Of a DNA stretch of 64,000 nt, positions 13,542 through 24,919 are shown one piece after another. Location of the stretch: contig OX597837.1 of NCBI GenBank assembly GCA_951406725.2, positions 17,546,001 through 17,610,000 of the forward strand, written 5' to 3'. Source of the DNA: Octopus vulgaris. Taxonomy: Eukaryota. Positions within the stretch are counted from its first letter, which is position 1; each line of letters begins with the position of its first letter. The notes beneath the pieces are model-generated. The model did not search any database, was not told the DNA's origin, and saw nothing but the letters and a program-made list of their open reading frames with translations. The position numbers and the translations under genes are program-made.

Positions 13542-14525
13542 TTAAGGTATAATTAATTCATAAGTATCCCCCTTTACAATGTGTCTCTTGCCAGATACAC
13601 CCCCATGTATAATTATTTTGTCATTGTAGCAACAGCATATATGTCCTTTAAGAGAAACAAGACCAATCCCAACTTTATAAAAATTTAAACTTTTTGCTGC
13701 AATAAACACATACATTTCCCCTGAAGGTAAGTTTATAGCAGACTCAAAAGTTTCCCCTCCGTGAATGAATATAACTCCATGACCTCCAACACCAGCATGA
13801 TGCTTCCTACCTGATGGATATTTTGACATTGGCACAAGTTTCTCACAAAAATCTTTTAATTTCTTGGCAACTGAACTTGTTAGTTGTGGATAAGACTTTA
13901 CATGAGCCACTGTCTCAATGAAATTGTCTTTGTGGCCACCAATCAAATATGTCCAACGACCATCACCATTACACGTGTGGCCTGAACGTGAAGCAACCTC
14001 ATATGTTAGCAAGGAATAGGAAAAATACCCTGTCACAGGGTCACCAGATATGATATAAGCACTGTTGTGTTTACGTTGTGAATGAAGATGACCCTCTCGA
14101 CCAACAACTAAAATTTTGTTATTTTCACATAAGATACTTGAGTGAGAACTCAAACCTGCCTCTTTTGGGTAACCAGAATGTTTCATTTCAGTCCACTGCA
14201 TTGTTGCAGTATCAAAGCAATGAAGATTTGCTGATCTAGACTTGCCATTCCATCCTCCTATAAGGAGCATGTAGCGTTCATGTAAGACAATGGAGGTGTG
14301 GTGGCTTAAAGATGGACTACCAGGTGATTGTATTTCATTCCATATATTTCTTCTTAAATCTAAACAATAGAAGCCATTAACCGGCATGTTATCATTTTCA
14401 ACAACCAAACCACCATGAACATAGAGCTTATCTCCAACAATACAGGCTGTATGAAAGACAACTGCAGGTCCATGAGCAGATATTAGGGTCCAGTCAATAG
14501 TAGAAGAAGAAGAAGCTTTAGCCAT
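13542..14525 (-). CDS. KLHDC9: Kelch domain-containing protein 9-like (327 aa, single coding exon)
   Basis: Uninterrupted ORF with Kelch GG/H motifs (LYVHGG, LLIGGWNG, FIHGGET, IIIHGG). GSPSLSHH, AGLSSH, VGREG..H.QR and ASRSGH recall vertebrate KLHDC9. Splice acceptor ttattttcag upstream of the ATG (exon starts 14546). Confidence 0.85.
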   Translation of the reverse strand: MAKASSSSTIDWTLISAHGPAVVFHTACIVGDKLYVHGGLVVENDNMPVNGFYCLDLRRNIWNEIQSPGSPSLSHHTSIVLHERYMLLIGGWNGKSRSANLHCFDTATMQWTEMKHSGYPKEAGLSSHSSILCENNKILVVGREGHLHSQRKHNSAYIISGDPVTGYFSYSLLTYEVASRSGHTCNGDGRWTYLIGGHKDNFIETVAHVKSYPQLTSSVAKKLKDFCEKLVPMSKYPSGRKHHAGVGGHGVIFIHGGETFESAINLPSGEMYVFIAAKSLNFYKVGIGLVSLKGHICCCYNDKIIIHGGVSGKRHIVKGDTYELIIP

Positions 14526-15509
14526 TTTGATTATATGTGTTTTGATCTGAAAATAATAAATTTGGTATATATTAAATATACTGGAAGATTTCAGTTGATT
14601 ACATTTATATTATAAAAATACAGTAATTTAATAGACAATATTAAATAAAATCCCCTAAAAATGTGTCATTACTCTCAAGTTGTGGTTCAGATTCTACAGT
14701 ACCCTGTAATATAGATTGCAAACATCTCTCTTACAAAACTGCTTCTCGCAGTTATTAGTATTTTATAAAGTAATAATATATGTCAATAGTATTTACTTAA
14801 GATGAAATAACACCAGTCAAGAAGAAAGTGACATTTGACCTTACATGTAAACTAAACTTGATGCCCCTCATCAGTTCCACTATGCTTCATTAATTTGAAG
14901 CTAGTAATCAATGAAGTAAGGCACTTCCATTAGTCTTTTAACTTACAACACAAAATTCATTTAGTTGAAACACTCAAACAATCTATTGTTGGTTGAACAG
15001 TCCTTCAAGTTTTAAATTATCAGATTATCATTTTCCAAACAATGGAGCTACAGAGATGACATATTTCCGTAATTGTTATGTTACAATCAATGCAATTTAC
15101 GAAAGAAAATGATAACAGAGCTACTGGAAGTCAATTTGGTTTACCTCCAACTGAGAAAATGAGTGTGTGATTGACAAAAGTAGAGGAACAACTTCAACAA
15201 AATGAAATCAAAGGACAACCTTCATACAAAAAATTTAGATGAGTGAAACTGGAATAGGTGAAGATTTAATTTATACATCAAGAAACTAAGGTTTAATAGT
15301 AACAACTAAATAAATTTTTTTAAGTGCAACTAAAAAAAAGATATAAGGATGTTTTTTTTCTGATAGTGAGGGCTGGTATTACAGATTTATAAAAGAGGAA
15401 TGGATTAACAGTACAAACTAGAAAGAAAGTAGCACAAAAATGCTTCTAAAATATGAGAACAAAATCCATGAGTTTTACAGATATGTGCTAAATCCCCAGA
15501 AAAGGAAAT

Positions 15510-16520
15510 CATCATCATCATCATCGTTTAACGTCCGTTTTCCGTGCTAGCATGGGTTGGATGGTTCAACCGGGATCTGGGAAGCCAGAAGGCTGCACCA
15601 GGCTCCAGTCTGATCTGGAAGTGTTTCTACAGCTGGATGCCCTTCCTAATGCCAACCACTCCGTGAGTGTGGTGGGTGCTTTTTACGTGCCACCGGCACA
15701 GGTGCCAGGTGAGGCTGGCAATGGCCACTATCGGATTGGTGCTTTTTATGTGCCACCGGCACAGGGATCACAACTACAATTTCCATTGATGTTGGTGTAC
15801 TTGACTCAATAGGTCTCCTCAAGCACAGGGTCGAAACGGTGTTTCTTTACTTGCCACCTACAGAGGGGTCAGTCCAGCGGCACTGGCAACTGCTGGGTGC
15901 CAGTCATAGGATTGGTTCAATTTTGATTCCGATCTCACTTGCCCCAACAGGTCTTCACAAGCAGAGTTTAGTGTCCAATGAAGGGAGGTTGGCATGGATG
16001 CCAGTCGTCAGATGAGGTTCGATTTTGAATTCATATTCAAATTCAATTTCAACTTCACTTGCCTCAACAGGTCTTCGTGTGTCCAAGGAAGGAAAGGCAG
16101 GCATAAGTGGGCTGGCTACATCCCTGGCAAGGGACACGGGATGGACTCACTTGTCCTGCCGGGTCTTCTCACACACATCATATCTCCAAAGGTCTCGGTC
16201 ACTAGTCATTGCCTCGGTGAGGCCTAATGTTTAAAGGTCGTGCTTCACCACCTTGTCCCAGGTTTTCTTGGGTCTACCTCTTCCACAGGTTTCCTCAACC
16301 GCTGGGGATTAGCACTTTTTCACACACCTATCTTCATCCATTCTCGCCACATGACCATACCAGCGCAATTGTTTCTCTTGCACATCACAGCTGATGCTTC
16401 TTAGATCCAACTTTTCTCTCAAGGTACTTACACTCTGTCGAGTATGTACACTGACATTACACATCCATCGGAGCATACTTTGTCACCAGCAGAGGTAAGA
16501 GCTCGCTGAACTTTGCCGAC
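15510..16520 (-). mobile_element. 5'-truncated RTE LINE 3' end with (GAT)n tail
   Basis: LRWYGHVARMDED and GRGRPKKTWD motifs; 3' UTR shared with the 46389 copy. Confidence 0.85.
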
Positions 16521-17344
16521 AGATTGCAAATATGGATGATATTGACATCTGATGTATCCTCTTATAAAAACAGTTGACTCTAAGGATTCTAAGACTGACC
16601 ATTAAAATGCTTAGTTTCAAGAAAACTCATTATACGACAGAATTGACTTGTACTGATAGTACCAAATTACTACTTTTACTAATAAAGAGGAAAACATAAC
16701 CAAAACAAATATTTTCTGCAGATATTCTTTTGTTTTGTTTACTTTAAGTGCTGGATGGATGGCTGAGAATGTTACAGGAATGTGGCATAAAAAGTTTAAA
16801 GCATTCTGATAAAATCCTCATAAAATCATAATTTCTTCTGTGACATCAACTGAGGGCACAATGCTATGGATGTAATTCTAATCAGTTACAATTTCTAACT
16901 TACATTGTTATCACTCACTTAACTGTCAGTCAATCTTCTAAGTCGTTGTACCTACTAAAAAATATTCACTTCAATTCTTAATAACTAGCTACATGGTGTT
17001 TTGTATATCTAGTCATACGGCTATCTACCAATTTGTCCATTATACCACACCAGCAAGGTAGCTTTTTAATTGTCTACATCTCTAGTGAGCTAGTTAGTTA
17101 CCTGAGAGAAATACTAAGAAACTAGTGATGGTGTCTATCAGCAAGTAGTGACTACAAACAGTTCACAAAGTAGAATTGTTAGCTCCTCGCAAGAAACTCA
17201 TTTATTTTCTATTTAGCAAATTGTCTGTATTTGTTTATAAATCTATCCAACCAGCTAGCTACTTCGCAGTCTGTTCTGCTACCCTATCGAGATGGTCATT
17301 AGTCAATTTAACGTATCAAGTCAATTCTGATGCTATGTTTTCTA

Positions 17345-17744
17345 GGTACTTTGGGGTTACCTCACCCCCATTAAAAAACTAGGTTATCTTCCCACTAAAA
17401 AACTAAAGTTTATGTGATGACAAGAGATTGGATTAAAAGAATTAGATCCTTTTGATTCAATACTTCAACACGTTGTTAATGTTTGGCCTCCTCAATGATT
17501 TGTTATAAAAATGTTATCAGATTTAGTAAGATGTTTAATCTTTTCATGTTTATTAATCTTTTCAGTTTTGTGTGATTTGGTATAAAAATATTACCAGATT
17601 CAATACGAGGTTTCACTTTTTTTTTTTTATTAAATGTTAAACAATTTTTTTAGTTGAGGGATATAACTAAAAGTACCGATATTCCTCATAAAACGTGGGG
17701 AGATAACCCAATATTTTAAGGGGGTGAGATAACCAAAAAGTACC
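17345..17744. mobile_element. MITE with GGTAC-starting TIRs and 8-bp TSD (Merlin-like)
   Basis: ggtactttggggttacctcacccc ... gggggtgagataaccaaaaagtacc; TSD GTTTTCTA at 17337-17344 and 17745-17752. Confidence 0.8.
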
Positions 17745-19344
17745 GTTTTCTAAGTATTGTGAAAGGTCGACCGCTGGTATCGAAAGGTTTTGCTCAAAGT
17801 AGAATTAGTTAGCTCCTCGCAAGAAACTCATTTATTTTCTATTTAGCAAATTGTCTGTATTTGTTTATAAATCTATCCAACCAGCTAGCTACTTGAGGTT
17901 TTCACGCATTTACTTCGGCAGCGTGAGTTGAAACGTTTCCAGTTTCAGAATCACGAAAACGTATCAAGTCAATTCTGATGCTATGTTTTCTAGGTGACAT
18001 TTCATTTATACGTTACTTTACCTTCCCAATGATGTCGACAGCTTTATAGTATCTGAAACGTGAAAAATTGAGTTCCGTAGAGTAAGAGCCGAACTTACAG
18101 ATAGCTGCATAACTACAGATTGTTAATGTTTGGCCTCCTCAATGATTTGTTATAAAAATGTTATCAGATTTAGTAAGATGTTTAATCTTTTCAGTTTTGT
18201 GTGATTTGGTATAGATCAATCTCACACTCTCTCGACTTCGTTTTCTCACAACTCTCTTTAAGATGCATATTTTTAAATGACTTTTGGAAAAATTCATTTT
18301 CGAGGGTGTAGATTTCGTAATATTAATATTTCAGATATATAAATCTGAAAAAGAAAAAAGGTAAAAATACTAAAATGACGGAAATTGTTGGTAACAAACG
18401 CAGGGAAAAGGATAAAAATTTCCTTCAAAAAATCTTTTTTCATTTTATTAAGATAATCGTAATCTAGATCCTTGAAAAGCCATCTCTGTATAAGTTTCGT
18501 TTAAAACATGCATTTTTCAAAAACTTATGAGTTTGTGTAGTCATTCATAAATAAAAGTAATCGATATGTATATCTAAAATTGATTCCCTAAACAAAGAAC
18601 GACAATTAGGTTTTCACGCATTTACTTCGGCAGCGTGAGTTGAAACGTTTCCAGTTTCAGAATCACGAAAAAGAAAAAAAAATAACGGTACTGTTACTAA
18701 TCGAGCGAGGAAACAGACATTTCATTTATACGTTACTTTACCTTCCCAATGATGTCGACAGCTTTATAGTATCTGATCGGAAAATGAGTGAGTTTTAAAG
18801 AAAATAAATCACAAAGAATATATAAATTTTCTAACTTCGATTTCCCTCATAACTTTCAGAAAAAGGGATATTTTTGTTTTCATATTCGTTTTCAACACAC
18901 TTCTTTACACCTAGCAGACTGGGTTTTTTTCGTGACCGATTTATTACATTCACTACATTCAATGTTTTGTCTCGCTGTGAAATTAAACCCCATAAGGGTA
19001 TTTTCGATATTCATTTTCGAGGGTGTAGATTTCGTAATATTAATATTTCAATCAGAATTCATACCCAAACTACGAAGGTATTAGTATAGCGTAGGATACT
19101 TATTCAAATGTAAACAAAAAATGTGGCTTGACAAACCAGTTTAATCTTTCCGTTCAAACTCCGCTAGTTTCGACTCTGCTTTCACAAAACCGACCCCACC
19201 ACCAACTATGATCCATAAAATAAGTATCAATGATACAATATACGGTTCAAACGACTATGCATCCTTCCTCAAAAACGTCAGCATAATTTGTATCTGTTTT
19301 ATTATTACCTAAAATTGGGCCAACAAAGAACGACAATTGTTATC

Positions 19345-20280
19345 AGATTCTCGGATGGGGTTACAAAAGGATGAGTTTGAAAATTCCAAAAATTCACAAA
19401 AAATGCAAAAATTATAAAATCGAATGAAAAAAACAGACCGGAAGACATTACAGGTGGAGTGGGGGCGGGTTCAGCTCGGACCCCACGAGCCCCGCCTCAC
19501 CACTGATACTTTTGGTTTCGTTCTGATTTACATTTATGTGGTGTCATCCATTCTCAACTTCCGTGCTACATCCTTCCATCGTTCTTCATACACTCTTTTA
19601 GTCAGGCATTTTCTCTCCAGCCCTATCTTCCTTTTCAGGTGGTAGATGAAGTAATTCATCAACCCAGGGCCGGATATGAACTTGCCTGACCGTGTACCTT
19701 TCATTCTCGTCTTCCATATCACCTCTTTCGCAATTGCTACCACAACGAGAAAACAATTCTTACCTTCTTTCGCGAGGAAATCTGGTGGGTCAATTTTTTT
19801 AATACACTCAGTCGACAGCTGTACTCTTCGTGTGCTTGACAACAGCTGTGAAATTAAACCCCATAAGGGTATTTTCGATAGCTTACATCAGGATTGTACC
19901 AATTGGTTTGAATGTTATTTAATAATCCATCAGAATTCATACCCAAACTACGAAGGTATTAGTATAGACCCAGGGTTTCCCCCAAGGTGTCTTCACATTT
20001 CGCCTCTACCAACCCTCTATAGAAGAATGTGGTGGAACCCCCACCGCAGGCGTTGCCCGAGCGACGGAATAGCAGGAGAGCCTTGCGACACTCCGTATGC
20101 CATGTACCGGGTTTCGATCTACGATTCGGCCAGGTTTTCCGTCCACCGAAACTAGTGAACTTGGGAAACATCAGTTTTGCTAACGGAGACCACACCCGTT
20201 CACCATCCAGGTAGAGCCACAGATGTCTTAACCTCAGCGCATGTCTGCGCATCATCAGCCAAGGCATCCCTATCCTACTC
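19345..20280 (-). mobile_element. L1/Tx1-type LINE ORF2 C-terminal fragment, interrupted by mosaic filler
   Basis: GMPWL..RRHALRLRHL and AIAKEVIWKTRMK motifs resemble the Tx1/L1 ORF2 tail; the central part is replaced by segments copied from 18974-19089. Confidence 0.6.
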
Positions 20281-20509
20281 CTCAAATACGTCAGCATAAT
20301 TTGTATCACTGAGTAATTACTTCTACCGTATTCCAAGCAGACCTTCGTTTTATTGTAATTAATCATCGAAAGTGGTTCTTTCTTTTTGGGAATTTTTCTG
20401 AAAGTTTTGCTTCAATTTTTTTTTCTTTTTCATTTATAAGGATATAAAAAGGTGGTCTGTAAGCGAAAAGTGTCAACCAAACCATCCAGTGAAAATAAAT
20501 AATTTTACA

Positions 20510-20600
20510 AATACCTCACGACAGACATCTTGGTTGCTAGGGAATACGTTACGTCACTTCCTGTTACTATTAGTCGCCAAAATGTCCGCCAAACTTGAAT
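20510..20600. promoter_or_regulatory. Putative bidirectional promoter of KLHDC9-like and TUBE1
   Basis: Cluster of GTTGCTAGGGAATAC (X-box/RFX-like, 20533-20547), TTACGTCA (CRE-like), CACTTCCTG (ETS) and CAAAATGTCCGCC (YY1-like); minus-strand donor GAG|GTATTT at 20515/20514. Confidence 0.6.
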
Positions 20601-20811
20601 GTTTTTCCTAAATTTAACACTTCTGAAATAATTATAGAAGTATCACCGAACACTGACTGAAGTACGGAACAGTATTTGAGTATTACAGAAATATTACCTG
20701 AATATAGTATTATTGAGCTTTACTGACATATTACAGTTGTACCACAGAAGAGCCACAGTTTTCTTCTTGTACAATCTCTGTCTTAGTTGTTTGTTAAAAA
20801 GAAAAAAAACT

Positions 20812-20836
20812 ATGACACAATCCGTTATTATACAAG
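20812..20836 (+). CDS. TUBE1: Epsilon-tubulin coding exon 1 (MTQSVIIQ+G, 25 nt)
   Basis: ATGACACAATCCGTTATTATACAAG|gtgagt; joins exon 2 in frame to give MTQSVIIQVGQCGNQIG, the epsilon-tubulin N-terminus. Confidence 0.9.
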
Positions 20837-21939
20837 GTGAGTTTACAGTCTTACTAATTTATTAATTCGACGGATAACGACTGACAAAAATGCATTGCTC
20901 TTCTGAGTTCTGAGTTTAAATCTTACCCTAGTCGACTCTGTTTTTTGTCTTGAAAACTTCCAGAGTTGATAATATTAAGTACCAGTCTAGTACTGAGATT
21001 GATATGGTCGATTATATTCCCACTCCTAGATATGTGACCTTAATACCCTGTTTGTATTTGACGAGGAAGCCTCTAAGAGAAATTTTGGAAGGCATAACAT
21101 GACATCGGTTCAGTGGGAAATTATCTTGTACACAAAAAAAACCGTAATTTCCTCGGATCTGTTTGTTTCAGGCACCGTAGAGCGTGATTCTGAGGAGGTG
21201 CGGTGGGGGTCGCCCTTCACCTTTTCCATAATGTTTAATTTACTTGAAGAATTTAGGCATATGAGAATCACCGCGGTTTGAAAAGAAACTAGCAAGGTTT
21301 CATTCGGTATACGTATCAGCAATGCCATTTTAAAATCAGCTGATTTGTCGAGACATTCGGCAATTTACGGGGGAAAACATCTTTTTTTTTCTTCTTCATG
21401 TGCTCATGTCGACATTGTTTTTAATCTGTTCGAATGCTGAACAAATACACACACACACTCTCTCTCCCTTCCCCCTCACACATACATATAACGCATAAAT
21501 ACACACATCCTTTTTGTGTTTTTCTCAGTTTGTAAAGTTTGCCCATACACATTCTCCATACTCCTCTCTCTCTACCTGTTAGTAGGAGGGGTTCGTTCTT
21601 CACGTCACCAATTGTTTTTTCCTCAATCATTTCTTTTTTTTTTTTACGGTTCGATCAGTGTATATATAAATTAGTGACATGAGTGAGGAACGAACCCCAG
21701 CTACTGACCGGTAGAGAAGGGAGGTCAGGAGAGAGTGTGTGCGAAACTTTTAAGAAATAGAAGGGGGAAAAAGCTATCTAAAAAATAGATGAAAAAATCA
21801 AATATACGAATCGTAAAAAAATGCTTAAACATTAATCATAAAAACATACAAAAATGGATGTATACCTGTATTTATGTACGTATGAGTGAGTGCAGTGTTG
21901 GGTCTCTGAACACTACCCTGTCTTCTTTCGCTCCCTTTG

Positions 21940-24145
21940 TACCAAGGTCAAGTTGACTCAACTTGCTGGTCCAGGTCCTTGCTGGGATTCTGTTTCACAT
22001 TGTACCATTCCAATTTGTTGATGTTAAGTTGTTTGGCCAGCTTTCTTTGTGGTTGCTGCCTTGACTGAGTGTGCATGTCAAGTTTTGCAAGGTTGAGTTT
22101 GTGATCTGACCAGCACACCCTAACATCCTGCCTGTCCCATCTCCTGACTATGATGTAGAGAATTAAATGCCAATGTTTGCTGTGTAGATGCATCAGGGAT
22201 GTCTTCTTGTGTTTGGTTAGACGAAACATTGTGTTGGTGATCAGCAGGTCATTTGCTGCACAAGTCTTCAGTAGTAGATAACTGTTGCTCTTGCCAAATC
22301 CATTTCTCCCAATGGTTCCCTCTTATGTCTGATAGTCTGTACCAACTCTGGTGTTGAAGTCACCAAGAACAATGAGGTTGTCTTCCTTAAGCACAGCTAC
22401 TATGAGGGTTTCTAAGTCTTCATAAAATTTGTCTTTGACATCCTCAGTGTCGGTCATGGTGGGGGAGTAAGAACTGACAATGGCAGCATGGCACTTTCCT
22501 CTGAGGGGAAGCCACACAGACATCAGTTGGTCCTTTCAGTCCTGGTTAGCTTGCTGACCAGGTTAGGCTTTCACTCATCTGGGCCAGAGCACATATAGAC
22601 ACCAAAACTGGTTCAATAATAATGATGAGAAAATTCAGAAGCTGCTCAATGAGAAGCATGAAGCATACAGAATCTCTCAGCAAGAGAGCACATCAGCCTC
22701 CAAGAAAGCAACCTACAATGCTGCCGAAAGCAAAGTGCAGGTAAAGCTCAGAGAGATGATGGATTCCTGGCTCAGAGATAAGGCAGATGAGATACAAAAG
22801 TACACTGACAGCAACAATTCCAAGCACTTCTACAATGACCTGAAAGCCATAAATAGGATACGGTCCTCTGGAACATCACCACTGCTCAGGGCTGATGAGA
22901 CCACACTCTTCACTGACAAAAACATAATTCAGGAAAGGTGGGCAGAGTACTTCAACAATGTCTTTCTTATCAACATTGAAGCCATTGCTTGCATACCCCA
23001 AGTTGACATCAACATTTCTCTGGCAGAGCCTCTAATGAAAGCAGAGATCCAGAAAACAATTAAACTTCTCTCAAATGGCAAGGCACCAAGCTCTGACGAA
23101 ATCCCAGATAAAATATACAAAGTAGTGGGACAGGTCTTGGCACAAAAGCTCACCAATCTCTTTCAGACCATGTGGCAACAGGAAGTTGTTCTTCGGGAGC
23201 ACAAAGGTGCTTCTGTTGTCCATCTCTTCAAGGAAAAGGGAAACTGGCAGTCATGTGACAAGTACTGAGGAATTTCTCTCCTTGTTATCACTGGCAAGAT
23301 ACTTGCAAGAGTCCTCCTTAAGCACCTTGCTCAACACATGGAAAGGAGGCATCTGCCAGAGAGTCAGCGTAGCCTCAGAGAGCAACATGGGACAACAGAG
23401 AGAACATGGACTTATACAAGGCCAGTGACACTGTCAGTTCTGAGGAGCTTTGGGAGATTATGGGAAAGTTCAGCTGCTTGGACAATTTCATCAGCATAGT
23501 GAGACAGTTCCATGATGGTATGCTCACTTGAGTATTGGGCTGTGGAGATTCTTCTGACACATTCCCAGTCACTAATGAAGTGAAGCAGGGCTATATTCTT
23601 GCACTACACTGTTCAGCATGATGTTCTCAGCCATGCTGTTGAATGCCTTCTGCAATAACAACAAAACCAACATCAAGCTCAGATTCAGAACTGATGGCAG
23701 ACACTTCAACCAGCCCAAGACCAAAGTGGAAGAGGACTCAGTGTGTGACCTCCTGTTTGCAGATTACTGTGCAGCACACTCAATGCTGCCACACAGGCCC
23801 TGATGCAGCTGAGCATGAACTGCTTTGCCACTGCTACATCAGCCTCACAATCAGTACTCAAAAGACAAGGATCATGCAGCAACCTACCCCACAGTAACCA
23901 TGTGTGAGATTAGCTATCAATGTCAAAGAGGAAACCCTAGAGGTTGTTGATAAATTCATGTCCCTCCACAGCTCACTTTCCAGACCTGTAAACATTGACG
24001 ATGATGTTAATACATGCATTGTCAAGGGAAACTCAGCCTTCAGGCCACTACTTGAATCAGTGTGAGAGAGGAGAGGCATTAGGCTGGCCACCAAGTTGAA
24101 GGTGTACAAAGTATTGGTACTGCCTGCACTATTGTATACTTATCA
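21940..24145. mobile_element. Degenerate RTE (BovB-like) LINE with inverted 5' part
   Basis: Minus 21940-22580 encodes endonuclease (YSPTMT..DKFYEDL..VLGDFNTRVG). Plus 22600-24145 encodes RT (GKAPSSDEIP, KQGYILA, LLFADY). Confidence 0.85.
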
Positions 24146-24919
24146 ACATCACATATCTGATATAGTTCTATATTTAAGAGATGCGGAATTATGTACACAA
24201 ATATACCCCATCGATTTAGTTTCCTCATAACTTCCAGAAAAATGAATATTTTTGAATGAAATTTTCTACAAATATGCCTCAGATGGTGTAGATTTCCATT
24301 ATATCTGAATTAGTTGTGAAAAAATGTTTTTAGGGCAAGTGGAGATAGTAGATTCAGAAAATTCAGACAGGTTGGTTTTCTTTTCTCCTAACTTTTGGAA
24401 AAATGGGTATTTCTAAATGACAATTTCAACAAATACCATTCAGAATGTGTAGAATACGCTTATATCAGAATTTAATATGGAAATAAAACTACATACTGAC
24501 ACTCATCACATTATTTTTTCAAAAAATTTATAATCATAAAAAATTCCAATATAATCTGAATTTACATCATCCAAAGTGTATTTGTAGAAAATTTCATTAA
24601 AATATATCTATGTTTCTGAAAGTTTTGAGGAAAGAAATTCATTGGTGTAGGTATGCTTCAGCTAACAATGGCCGACTACTGCATATCATTATGCATGCAT
24701 TATAGGAAGTTCATAGTAAACGTATTATTTTAAATAATAATAGATGTGGGGGAGGTGCAACTACATGGTTCTGTATTCAGTCTCACTGCATGACACCTTG
24801 AGCAGTGTCTTCTACTATAACTCTGGGCCGACCAAATCCTTGTGAGTGGATTTGCTAAACAGAAACTAAAAGACAAAGCCTGTCATATGTGTGTATATAA
24901 ATAGGAGAGGGAGGAGGAG

